64,000 nt of DNA from the human T2T-CHM13v2.0 reference genome, Homo sapiens. The stretch lies in assembly GCF_009914755.1 (NCBI RefSeq), contig NC_060926.1. One strand, 5' to 3'. The position numbers and the translations under genes are program-made. Under the pieces are notes generated by a model. The model worked only from the letters and a program-made list of their open reading frames with translations. It had not been told where the DNA came from and searched no databases. Below are positions 25,790 to 39,829 of the stretch, one piece after another. Position 1 is the stretch's first letter. Every line of letters begins with the position of its first letter.

Positions 25790-26631
25790 AGGTTCAATCA
25801 GCAAAGTCCCAATGGTAGGAAGCTCCACAGGACAGACTGCCAGTTTCTCCAACAACTCAGTGACACAGGGGAAATGGAAGCGTGGAGGGGAATATTTGGA
25901 TTAGAAGAGACTTTAGGGTGGAGTGATTCCTAGATTATATCGTTAAATACAAAAGCAAAGTGCTAAAGAATATCTGTAACATGCTACTTTTCATCGAAGG
26001 AAGAGGGGAAGGAAAATAAAATATACGAAACCTGTTCTTTTGTGAAGAAGAAACAGAGGAAGGATAAATCAGAAACCAATAAGACGGGTTGCCTGTCGGG
26101 GGTGGTTCCTCGAGGGTGTGGGCATAGGTAGGAAAAGGGTGGATGATGGGAATGACACAGAAGAATTAGAGGGAGTGACACTGTGTATACCTTTTGAATC
26201 GTTCTGACTTTTAGAATCATGTGCATATTTCATGTACTAGATTAAAAATTTTTTTTAATGAGAGGAAACCCAAAATAGAATACAAACAGAAATAAGTGGC
26301 ACTAATAGTTTTACAAATGATTTATATACTTCCACTGAAAAGATGGGGGAACTAACCTAAGAAACTTTGGAAAACAGTGTTTTTATTGCATCCTCAAAGG
26401 CTAAAAATGAAAAGACGTATATACACATATCATACCATGACTAGTTGGTCAATTTTTCACAAGGGTATGGGTCACTGATTCTGAAACTATTTTACATGCC
26501 TTCTGGAACTGAGCAAATCAGTCAATAGATGATGGATAAGGAGATCAAAGATACACCAAGACGGAGAACCCTGTGATACTGGATTAGAATTAGGGGTGTC
26601 AGTAAGAACTCGTGGTTTTTAATGTGTATAC

Positions 26632-26675
<44 letters not shown>

Positions 26676-27910
26676 TTCCTAGTCTAGCTGCTGGGAGTGC
26701 CTAGAGGTAATGAGAGCCTGGTGGCAATGAGCACAGCCAGCACCCAGATCTTGATTTCTAAACACCAGTCTCAATACAACAAACCAGGGCTTCCAAGAGA
26801 AACAGCTCGTTCCAGGGCCAGGTCAGAGAAAGGACAGGAGGAGTCGGCAGCATCTCTTGATGCTATAGAGCAAGGAAGCTCCCAAAAATGATGTGGCTGC
26901 GGCAAACCACACGGGAACCATGGGAAGGGGGTCCCCAAAATGATGTGGCCGCGGCAAACCATACAGGAACCATGGGAAGGGGGTCCCCAAAACGATGCGG
27001 CCGTGGCAAACCACACAGGAGCCATGGGAAGGGGGTCCCCAAACTCAAAACCATGCGGCCGTGACAAACCACACAGGAACCATGGGAAGGGGGTCCTGAT
27101 GGCCACAGCTGGGACAATTTGAACAACAAAAGTCATGGTCCATAGCCATAGAATAAAATAAGAATCCATAAGTCTATATGGATATGGAGAAATGAATGAA
27201 TACACACATGAGGCAGAAAGGAAAGCTCTTACTCACAGAAGAATTCCACTAATGAAATGTAAAAGGAATGCTGAACATAGAAAAATCTCTATTCCATAAA
27301 CACCTCAGCAATCATTGTTTTAAGCAAGAATCATGAATGGATGTTAAAACTAGTAGGCAAAAATATGATAAGAAATAAGCTACTTACATAGCCTCAAATT
27401 ATCTCCTCACAGATACTTGTTAATTACAAAGGGAAAGAATGGTAAGTGAATAGTGGAGAAATTGGACATCCCAGCCCTCCGAGAATGAGAAGGACAGCAT
27501 TCTTTCTGCGAGATTCCTGCCAAAAATGCATAACCCAAATCTAATCATGAAGAAACATCAGACATAACCCAATGGAGGGACATTCTACAAAATCACTGGC
27601 CAGTACTCAAAAAAAAAAAAAGCAACAACAACAAAAGAAAACAAGATAAAGCGAGACTGGGAAGCTCTTTCAGACTAAAGTAGACAATTAAATGGGCAAA
27701 TCTAAATGAGACCTGTCAATGAGATAAATCTAAGTGAGATTTGTAGGTTTGGTGATCATATCGTGCCCATGTTCCTCTCCTAATTTTGATCATTGTACTG
27801 TGTTATGTAAGATGTTAATATTTGAAGAATCTGGGTGAAGAGTATAATGGGAATTCTTTGTACTATTTTTGCAACTTTCCTGTAAGTCTGAAATTATTTC
27901 AAAATGAAAA
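25790..27910 (+). mobile_element. L1MC/L1MD 3' region fragments (contain a (TG)n at ~26634-26673 and a 52-bp minisatellite)
   Basis: cccagatcttgatttctaaacaccagtctcaatacaacaaaccagggct; aaacccaatggagggacattctacaaaatcactggcca-type motif; ctttgtactatttttgcaactttcctgtaagtctgaaattatttcaaaatgaaaa. Confidence 0.75.
26881..27095. repeat. Minisatellite, 4 copies of a ~52-bp unit
   Basis: Unit cccaaaatgatgtggccgcggcaaaccacacaggaaccatgggaagggggtc at 26881, 26934, 26986 and 27038. Confidence 0.95.
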
Positions 27911-28285
27911 GTGAAAAAAGAGAAGGAGAGGCTGGAGAGAGACCACACTCAGTCCCTCTGGGTGGAGCTGGTATGGGGCCTGACTCAAGCAAATGGGAAA
28001 GGAAATTCTGCCACCCTCAGACGAAACATCTGGAACCTGAGCTCTGATGATGACGGCCTGGCCCTGCCGCCTTTTAGAGACGTGTACTGGAATATTTCCA
28101 GATGAAATGCTGTGAGGCCTGGTTTTGCTTCTAAGTAATGCAGGAGAGGGGAGTTGGTGGGGGCTGCAGATGGGACAGAACTGGCTGGGGGTTAGGGCGT
28201 TAGGGTTGGTGGAGTTAGAGGGTGGATGCCCGGGGCTCATTATTCTCTTCTGTTCACTTTGGTGTAGGTCTCCAAAATAAGTTTA

Positions 28286-28597
<312 letters not shown>

Positions 28598-30044
28598 TCA
28601 GATTCCTCTCCAAGCTGAACCCTGATCCCCCAAATCCTGATTCAAGAAGCCCTCAGTGGAGGGTCCTCGTTTCCACCCACCTGCCCCTGCCCTTATGGGA
28701 GAAATGAACTCTAACCTGAGGTCCCTGGCCACGTCTCCCTGAAGCCCCTCCCCTAGCCCTGCTTCCTCTTCCTCCCCTGGGAGGAACGCTGCAGCGTGAG
28801 AGTGTCCTGCTGGCCCAGCCGGCTCCCGGTGGGGGTGCAGAGGAGGCCTGCTGTTTGTAGTTCTGATCTTCCTCTGTGTTGCAGGATGCTCTGCATGCCT
28901 GGACACCCCCAAAAGCCATCCACACCTTAAGTCGCTGGGACCACCAAAAATGTGTGCATACCATGGAGAACAACAATGCTGGCCTTTCCTGGTCTTCGTC
29001 GCCAAAAATCTGCTGTCGCAGGAGGTAGCACGTACCTGGTGCGATAACATGCTGGGGAAGGGGCAGCGGGAGAACATCAGCCTCTCCACCCTACCCAGAC
29101 CGGACCATGGGTGCCCAGGCCGAGGGGAGAATGAAGAGACAGGGAGGGTCCACAGGAGGAGGCATGTGGTGGATCCCAAGGTGAAAAGCCCAAGATGGGC
29201 TTTCAGGACCTGAGGGCAGAGGGGAACTGAGCCTGTGCCCCATGGAGTGCCTGAGTGTCAGAAGATGACCATGGCACTGCGGAGATTCCTGTGCCATCGA
29301 GGGGCACGGGAGCCATCACGTGCTCTCCTTGCCCATGCTCCTAGGGTGGCTGAGAAGCTGCAGGGGAATTTGGGGGCCTGAAGGGCCTGTGGGCACAGCC
29401 ACAGTGGAACTCATGCACGGATGCCTCTGAGGACATCCAAGACCAGGCGCTCACACACGCACGTGCGCTCCTCACAGTCCTCACACTCTGAAGCATCACC
29501 CAAGGCCCTAACCACAGAGCCCATGGCAGTGAGCAGCGGGAACCAGAATGCACTCAGGCCCAGTGTCCTGGTGCAGCAGACACAAGAAATAGAATCCATG
29601 TCCAGCTCTGGGAGATACACGAAGTGCCCCCTCTGGCACACCTGCGTGTGTGCTTTCTAAAAGACTAGAAAGCAGGAGGCAGCATCGTGCCGTGAAATGC
29701 CTGCCATGAAGCAGGCGGCCTTGTAGGCTCAGCACTGAGCCAGAAACACCAGACATACAGCCGACCAGGAAACTCAGGCCAGCCTGGGGCTCCCTGCCAC
29801 ACGCACAAGGCAGGGAAAGCAACCGAAACATAGACCGTTGCAGGTGAAGCCCCTGTACTCGGTGTCTGTTGCTATGCTGGGTTCATCCTGACTCAAGCCT
29901 CCAACACACCTGGGCTCTTGGACAAGGGCTAGGTCAGACGCACAGAACCCACTGTCCCGGGCCTCCCTCCCCTCCTTCCAGACCGGCCCTCGATTTTCTT
30001 CTCGGAAGAACTGCTGTGGAGTCAGGTGTCCCAACTGTGACATT

Positions 30045-30064
30045 GGGGCGCCACCTGGTGGTCA
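30045..30064 (-). promoter_or_regulatory. CTCF binding motif (near-perfect)
   Basis: Minus strand TGACCACCAGGTGGCGCCCC matches the core CCASYAGRKGGCRS at 14/14. Confidence 0.75.
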
Positions 30065-30091
30065 TTATGCATAGTACTGTTCCTCCTGAAC

Positions 30092-30206
<115 letters not shown>

Positions 30207-30396
30207 CGTCCCCATTTGAGTTCAATGGGCCACTGGCCAGGAGCAGCTTGGAAATGAGTAGCCTTTACTGCCTGGCAAACCTGATTTCAAATCCCAGCTC
30301 TGCTACTTACTTAATAATTGATCTTGGACAAGCGACTTAAATTCTATGAGCTTGCTTGTTCATCTGGAAAATGGGCATAATAGTATTCCTTCCCTT

Positions 30397-30767
<371 letters not shown>

Positions 30768-31982
30768 CTACCCGTGGTCAGCAGTGCTGTTTTCACACGG
30801 GAGGCCGGCTCCTGCACGAGGGCACAGGTTTCATGATGGATGACTCTTGTTTCTTCCCGCTGCCTCTCAGTCATGTTCCTGCCTCACATATCCCTCACCA
30901 CTGAGTGCAGTCTTGAACTCACAGCAGGAGCTCCCTGGAGTCAGTGGGCACCCATCCTCAGCCCAGCACAAGCCCTGGCTGATGTGCTTGGTCTAGTGCC
31001 TTCTTTGTTCATACTTTTAACTGAGGGCTGCTGTCTGTTTGGAGCTGGTTCCATACCAAACAGCATTAATGGAGGCTCGGCAGGATGGGAGCAGGGCCAG
31101 CTCAGTGTAGGGTCTGGTCTGCCTGAACAGGGCCTGGAGTGTGCCTTGAGGGGGCATTCAGGCCTCTGCAGATGCACAGAGCAAGGAGAGGGTTGGGGAG
31201 CAGCCCAGGGGCCGGCCAAATGGGTCACTGCCAGCTATTGAGGGTTGGGCTGGGCTTATCCCAAGGGGCACAGCCAGTAAAAGTGGGCCCCAATTGCAAA
31301 GCCCAGATGTGGAGTGTGCTTTCCTTATAAGCCTCAAGGCCCCCATTCCTGTCCACAATTATATCTCATTAGAAATAGATGATATGGCCAGTGGCTTTCA
31401 GAGGGCTCCAGGGGAGGTTTTCCCTGTGGTAGTGAGAGTACACTTGCTCACCAAAGGAGAGAAGGCAGGCGCGCCCCGGGTACCAGCCAACCCCACTCTA
31501 CAGCTCAGGCTGCCCCACCCAAGCCTGCATGAACTGCCCAGGAGGAGAGATTGGGTCCACGCTCCACTCACCAGCCAGACCCATCTTGGACATCTCACAA
31601 TCTTCCACCCTCTCTCTTCAGGACCTGGCTGACCCCATGCAGCACCTGCTCACATCCTGAGCAGCAGAGAGGAGCTGCTCCTCTGTAGGACTCAGGAAGC
31701 TCACTAGCTGGGCAAGGCCAGGACAGGCATCCACAGCAGAGGAAGCCACGTGGGCCGAGGCGTGGGACAGAGGTCACGCAGGGGAACAAGGAGGGACTGC
31801 GGGCGGGGTGAGAGGCTGAAAGCCTATGGCCCCAGACACCTGCTCGGGGTTTCTGCCCTGATCTACCTGGGGCATGATCAGATGAGACCCCACAGGTAAA
31901 CTTGTTTTGTGAATTGCAGACACCGATCAGTGCTGAGCGAGTATTCTAGCTCTAGCTCTGGGAGCATCAGAACTTGGAGAGG

Positions 31983-32640
<658 letters not shown>

Positions 32641-33419
32641 GATCCATGAGGGGCAGAAGTTGAAAAGATCTCCAGGCTTCTCCAAAATTTGACGTTCCTA
32701 GAACTATTTGTAACTTATAATTCTAATTCACTTATTTCTCGCCTCTTTTCTAATTGTTAACACTACACTGCGGTAGATTCCAATTTTTAGTTGTATATTG
32801 CTACATTTTTTTTGGTCAGTGTTCTGGTCAGTTATTTAGACCACATTGCTTTAGTCTGAAGGCTTGAGGGCAGTCTTTAATTTAAAACAGCTTAAAACAT
32901 CCTTCCTTTCTGTCTCCTTCCCCATCCCACGCTAGGCCATCAGAGCATCATAGCCAAGCTGCAGTTGCCTCCCGCCGTCTTCTCTCTGGCCCTGCCTTGG
33001 GGCTCTTGGCCTGCCCTGTGTCCCGGAGCTTCTGGCCCCTCTGGGAGCCTATGGTGCCTTCCTCAGTCAGTGTGTTTAGATTCTGAAATGATGCAAGGAC
33101 AGCAAGGGAAACCAATGATCCTGAAAAACAGTTGTCAAAATGTTTTACAGTTGTGGCACAGACTTATATGTACAAAGTAGGAAAACCACAAGTGGTACTT
33201 TGAGCCACCTAGAAGGATGATACTGTGAAGTGAACCTCTTTGTGATGGTGTGTGCTAATGAAACTGGTTTTGGCCTTTTTTCTCCCTCTGCTGTGGGTGC
33301 CCGTCCTGGCCTTGTCCAGCCAGCTAGCTCCCATCTGTCCTTGCTTCCAGCTTCCTCCCAGCTGCCAGAGATGTGAGCAGGTGTTGCGTGGGGCTAGCCA
33401 GGTCCCAGGGACAAGAGAT

Positions 33420-33833
33420 GCAGGGTTGTGAGGTTGTGGATTGGTTTTGGTGGTTTGGTGATTGCTGGTTGGGCTCACGCTCAGCTCCTACCACATGCCC
33501 CGCCCCCCACCACAGGGCAGCTCCCTTCTTCACAGCCAGCAGGACAGTCTTCCAGGCTTCAGGGCTCTTCCTTCCCATCACACTCCCTTTTCAGTCTCAC
33601 CTGATTAGGTCAGGCCCACCCGAGATAGTCTACCTGTTGATGAACTCAAAGTCAACTAATCTGGGACTTTAATTACATCTGTGAGATCTCTTTGCCTTTG
33701 TCATATAATGTAGCCTAATCACAGGAGGAAATCCCATAATATTCACAGTCCTGCCCACACTGCAGGGGAGGGGATCATATGGGGCATGTGTACCAGGGAC
33801 CTTGGCAAGGCGATCTCAGAATTCTGCCTGCCC
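33420..33833 (-). mobile_element. MaLR LTR (MLT1E-like)
   Basis: cacctgattaggtcaggcccacccgagatagtct...aactcaaagtcaactaat...aattacatctg...tcagaattctgcctgccca. Confidence 0.75.
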
Positions 33834-34110
33834 AGGCCTCTGCCTCTGACACCTCAGAATTGGAGACTCTGTGTCTGCGTTTGGTGAGTTAGGTCCATTT
33901 AACCTTTTCCCACTCTGTCAGCTCCCTACGCATCCAGGCCTGACTGCTGAACAATTCAGTCACAATCAGTTTCTTCTCCGTGATCTGGAGACTAGCATGT
34001 TTTATTTCACAGGGGTTTACATAACTTTCTGGAGAATCAGAAGCATAACATAAATGAACTGGATTGCATTATCCATCCTGCCAAAATCTCCACCCACTGC
34101 ACAGAACAGC

Positions 34111-34145
<35 letters not shown>

Positions 34146-34633
34146 TCACTTCACACAAATTGTTTCCCAACCTTCATATTTACAGCTGACGATCAAAACA
34201 TGGGCCAGCATCTGGTTTATCTGGCTCTTTATTTCTTCCATATCTGATGTGCTTCACTTATATTGAGCTATAAATTGTCATTTTTTCCAGGGGAAAAAAT
34301 CATTTCACGAATGCTCTGTTGAATAAAACCAGGCAGCATTTTTTTGAGTGAAAATGTTCACTTTATAAATGCTGACTTGTTATTCATTGGGTTGTTAGCT
34401 CATGAAAAGTTCCAGGACATTCCTCCTAAAAGGAGTCACCTCTCAGCCAACAGAAGGATCTGGCAGCAGTGATTAAGGAGGTTTTATGGGTTATATGGCT
34501 GGAAGGCAGAGCAGAAGCCAAGCCACGCTGGGGTCCAAGTCTGGCCAGAGACGAGATTGTACACCCCAGCGTGACAGCACCTTTCCTGTCTCTCCCACCA
34601 CAGATCCCAGCACTGCAACGACACACAGGACAG

Positions 34634-34906
34634 GGGCTGGGAGAGAGGCTGCAGGGGTGTGTTGGGCTGGGGGAGAGGCTGCAGGGGTGTGCTGGGCTGG
34701 AGGAGAGGCTGCAGGGGGATGTTGGGCTGGAGGAGAGGCTGCAAGGGTGTGCTGGGCTGGGGGAGAGGCTGCAGTGGGGTGATGGGCTGGTGGAGAGGCT
34801 GCAGGGGTGTGTTGGGCTAGGGGAGAGGCTGCAGGGGTGTGTTGGGCTGGGGGAGAGGCTGCAGGGGTGTGTTGGGCTGGGGGAGAGGCTGCAGGAGGGT
34901 GTTGGG
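34634..34906. repeat. G-rich minisatellite, 9 copies of a 30-bp unit
   Basis: Unit gggctgggggagaggctgcaggggtgtgtt; gives the spurious GLGERLQGCV peptide repeats in the ORF track. Confidence 0.97.
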
Positions 34907-35865
34907 TCCCAGGGCCTCCTTTCCCTGTGATAATCCTGGAATCAGTCACCATCCATGACCAAGGCCAGGCATAAGATTAGCTTTGGGTTTTGAAGGTCCC
35001 AGGCAACCTGCATTTTATACACAGGGAGTGGGCTGGGAGTGTGAAGAGGGCAGCAGGGATCCCAGCTGAGGGCCGGAGAAGGCCCAGGCAAATGTTGCAG
35101 GGCACAGAGCTTTCCAAATCTTCTCACTGGGGCTACAAGCAAGCAAAGCCAGCCTCTCCCATGGCCCCAGCCACACCCACAGCCCCAGCCCCACCTTGCA
35201 GTGCCAGCCTGACAAGGGGTCTTCAAGTCTCTTCAGTCCCACACCCAGAGTGCCTGGCCCATGGAGGTGCTTGGCAGATATTGATGGATGCCTGCAATGG
35301 CAGCCTTTTCGAGGCTCTATCTGCTGAGAAAGCAGCAGAGCCCCCAAGGGCATGGAGAGGAGTCCATTTCCAGAGCCCCACCCCTCTGATGCACATCAGA
35401 TCCCTGCAGCCTCAGCTTCTCAAGCCTCTACTCCAATATCCCTCCACAAAGAGTGCTGAAATCCCTTCCTGGCATTCGGCCACAGAGCTGCCTCCAAGTC
35501 CTTCACTGTCTGCCCTGTGGAGGGCCGGGTGGAAGGCTATGACCCTGGAGTGAATGATCTGCATTGGAGTTTGTCCCTCAGCATCTTATCAGCCTCACCA
35601 CGGCCCATGAGGTCAACGCCATCACTGTGACCGGTTCACAGGTGAGGAAACTGAGCCAAGGGGTGGTGACAGCCCCTGCCCAGGGCCCAGCCTTGCCGGC
35701 ACGGAGCAGGAGTGGCACAGAGCCCACTGCCTCGCCGCCATTGTGCCGCTTCCCACACGCGCCCCGGAGCCTGTCCCCTAGTGCACCACTTCCATCTGAC
35801 CAGCCCCTTGGGCTCTCCCTCCTGTCTGCCAAGCTACCTGGGGCTGCTGTTTTAAAATAATCATC

Positions 35866-36173
35866 GGCCGAGCATGGTGGCTCACGCCTGTAATCCCAGC
35901 ACTTTGTGAGGCCAAGGCAGGTGGATCAAGAGGTCAGGAGTTCAAGACCAGCCTATCCAAGATGGTGAAACCCCATCTCTACTAAAAATATAAAAATTAG
36001 CCGGGAGCGGTGGCTGGCGCCTGTAATCCCAGCTACTCGGGAGGCTGAGGCAGAGAATTGCTTGAACCCGGGAGGCAGAGGTTGCAGTGAGCCAAGATCA
36101 TGCAACTGCACTCCAGCCTGGGCAATAGAGCGAGACTCCATCTCAAAAAAAAAAAAAAAAAAAACAAAAAAAA
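35866..36173 (+). mobile_element. AluSg-type
   Basis: ggatcaagaggtcaggagttc...caagatggtg, gcagagaattg; poly-A tail; TSD-like aaaataatcatc / aaaccatcatc. Confidence 0.93.
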
Positions 36174-36574
36174 CCATCATCTTTTCTACCCTTTTATTCT
36201 GAACAAAACAGGATGGGGCCATCTGTGAAAAACTTGGATAATACAAAAGATGAAGAAGAACATGAAAGTCACCTTCGTTACCGTCCAGCCTGCCGCAGCC
36301 CATTCTTTGATGATCATTTCACCGGCTGTGCGCACGGCTCCTCAAGCTTTTCACCTGGCATGATTAAGATCAACGTTCCCATCGTCAGACGTTCCTGGAA
36401 AACAGCATCCTGTTCATGGCTGCCCAGTGTTTCATCATATACAGTTGTAATTTACCTGTCCAGGCTCACCCTATAGGAATTTTAAATTGTGTTCAATGTA
36501 TCAGGAGTATAAATAACCGCCCCAAGTCTGGCAATACCCAGGGTGGGAGTGGAGGCCCTGGGAGGAGGGGGTTC

Positions 36575-36594
36575 GCACGCCCCCTAGTGGGAGG
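36575..36594 (-). promoter_or_regulatory. CTCF binding motif
   Basis: Minus strand CTCCCACTAGGGGGCGTGC; core CCACTAGGGGGCG matches consensus. Confidence 0.7.
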
Positions 36595-36814
36595 GTAGAT
36601 TCGTGCAACTGCTTTACAAAGCGTTTGCACAGTTTGGGGTAGCTGAAGATGAACATCTGCTAACACCTTAGCAAAACCCTCTCATGAGCACACCGGCAGA
36701 CAAGTGCCCAGGTATTCAGAACTTCCTTGTTTGTAATAGCAAAATGGTGGATCCAACCTAAATGACCACCGTCAGTAGAATGAATACAGCACACTGCTGT
36801 ATTCGCACAACACA

Positions 36815-37230
36815 TCGGTTCAGTTAGATTACTCTGCTTGTCACAGAAAACTGAAATGACAAACACTAAAACCAGATGGAAGTTTCTTTCTTTCTCATAG
36901 TGAAGTGCAGAGATGAGCAGCACAGAGCTGGTAAGGCAGCTCTGCTCCAGCAAGTTTTCAGGACTCAAGTAGCTTTTCTCTTTCTGTTCTGCCATTCTTA
37001 GGGTATTGCCTCATGGGCCACGTTGACTGCTCAAGCTCCAGCCATCACATCCACATTCTAGCATGTAGGAAGTAGAAAGATATCAAACAAGGCACAACCC
37101 CTCCCTTGAAGACACTTCCTGAAAGATACATAGAACACCATCTTTTACATTCTGCTGAGCCATTTGGCCACACCAACCCTAAAAGGAACTCTGGGTAATG
37201 TTCTGTTGTGTTTATTCTGGATGACCATAG
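36815..37230 (-). mobile_element. Old MaLR LTR (MLT1J-like)
   Basis: tgactgctcaagctccagccatcacatccacattctagca...tggccacaccaaccctaaaagg. Confidence 0.6.
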
Positions 37231-38080
37231 GTCCTCTTGTACTGTTCACAGATCTTCATGCTGTCATTTGTGTGGGAAGGGTGGTGGCTTATTGATGGGC
37301 TGTGAATTGGAACCCTGGCTCATTACTTTCAAGCTGTGCCATCTTTGTGTGCCTGAAGGTTTTAGGAAAAACAAACTAAGGTAAGAGATAGAAAGCACTT
37401 ATTGCAGCATCTACACACAGAAAGCAACTGGGCTCCATTCCTCCAGCAATGGCGGATGCTCTGTTCTGTGGAGCAGCCTTTGCAACCTCAGCAAGTTCTG
37501 ACTGGGAGAACATTTTTCTTTATATAGAGCCCATGTCTGTCATCCTATCCTCCCTGATTCAACCCTGGGAGAAATTTAGAATGTGTCTAAAAACTATTAC
37601 TAGAAACATAATGGTAGCTAGGCTTATTGAGTTCTTGTTTTACACCAAACCACATGCTATGGGCTTAACCATCCTTTACTTCTAAGAATTCAATCCGTAC
37701 TTAGTTAAAGTGATGACCCAGAGGAGGAGGAGGCCATTGGAATTCTCTAGCCATGTGGTGACACCATACCATAAGAATGGGACCATGTTCCCCCTTTAAG
37801 GCTGACTTGAAGCAGAGACTTTGCAAGGTTCTATGAGTCTTCCTGTTGCAGGGTCTTCTCCAAGTCAGGCCCTCATGTGACCACCTTACACACAGCATGG
37901 GGAAGGGATGTTTCTAATGTACCATTACATCCTCACCCCATCTCCAGACCACCAAAATGTCCTTGACACTAAATTTCGTGTTTGTGGTAGAAGATTCACA
38001 GAGCAACTGAATTCCACACTTTATCAATCAGGATTGGTTTCCTTTAGAATATCCAGTTTTGCAAGATTATGGCAGGAGTA

Positions 38081-38479
<399 letters not shown>

Positions 38480-39692
38480 GAGCTACCAGACAAATGTCTG
38501 CCCATTCGAGCACTTCTGCCCTCAGGAGTCTGAAACCAGCAGAGAGCAGGGAAGGGACTGATTCGTTATTTTCTTGGTTCACCTCCATGCTCTCTCATTA
38601 ATTTCACACCTCTCCAGCTGCAACACCTTCATTTCAGCACTCAGGATTAAAATGTGGTGAAGTTAGCATTGTCCCAGGACAGATGGAACTATAATACGTT
38701 TCACCAACTACACAGTTAATTTCATGAATTTTGATGGTTCAATCATAAGTCCTACTGCTACGTTTACCACCACTTGGTTGACCAATTGGAGTGTTAGTCC
38801 ATGGAGGATGGACTGAGGCTGTCTTGGTCACAAGACCCCACCCTACCAGTGCCCACTGTGTTTTATTTTCCTGTCTTCTTTCCCTGGGCTGGGAGTGAAG
38901 ATATGAAGAGATCTGTAAGGCAGGGACAATAACAACAAGTGAAGCCAATGCGGAAGCAAATTTTAGGAATCTTTGTGGAACCCACACCAGTTCTAAGTCC
39001 AATTTTTGAAAATTGAGGGCTTAGAGTCAAGGTAGAAGTCTGGAGGAGAATACTGGCTGCTAACAGGACTGGGTGCTGCCTATGAGCAGAGGCCATGTCT
39101 GATTCAGTGCTGGATTGCAGTGGCTAGCACAGGACCTACCACACAACATGGAATCCAGTTTAGTCAATATCAGCTCAACAAATATGGACGGTCTCATGTA
39201 ATGTTAGATTCCATGATTGTACTAAGAAGGAGGAAAGAAGGAAAGGGCTGGATTTTCAAGCCTCCAGATTTGGATCCTGACTCACATCAGTGAAAAGTCC
39301 TGGGTAGAGCCACAGCTTCACGTATAGCTGGATCTGAGTGTACGGGTGCTGTCTGGCACCAGCTCAGATTCTCTCCACCTCTGCCTCTGCTTTTCTCTGA
39401 GATGCCTTTGGTGTCAGGCAGACTGTTTTCATGAGGGATGAAGAGGGCCCACAGCATCTCCTGGTTGACACCCCAGCAGCTCAGCAACCCCAGCAGAAAG
39501 AAAGCCGCTCCTCCCTAGAGTTCCAGAAAGAGGAAGAGATGTACCAGGAAGCTGAAATAATTGAGGTCCCCCCTGCAGATTTTAAAAAGCAGAAACATAA
39601 GTCAATTTCCACTGGAAGCTGGACACATTGATAGTTAAGAAACCCTGTAAACAAATGTGTATTTTTGGTCATGTAAACATAAGTGAGTTAGG

Positions 39693-39829
39693 AGCCGGGT
39701 GCGGTGGTGCACACCTGTAGTCCCAGCTACATGGGAGGCTGAGGCGGGAGGATCTCTTGAGCCCAGGAGTTCCAGGCAAGTCTGGACAACACAATGAGAC
39801 CCTGTCTCAAAAAAGAAAAAGAAAAAAAA
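39693..39829 (+). mobile_element. FLAM_A-like Alu monomer
   Basis: gccgggtgcggtggtgcacacctgtagtcccagctac...gagcccaggagttc...gagaccctgtctc + A tail. Confidence 0.85.

Noticed and set aside
26881-27095. Possible CRISPR-like repeat-spacer array
   Set aside because: Head-to-tail tandem units with no unique spacers, in primate DNA with no cas genes.
34469-34952. 153-aa ORFs with decapeptide repeats (GLGERLQGCV / AASPPAQHTP)
   Set aside because: A by-product of a 30-bp G-rich minisatellite that is open on both strands; no coding evidence.
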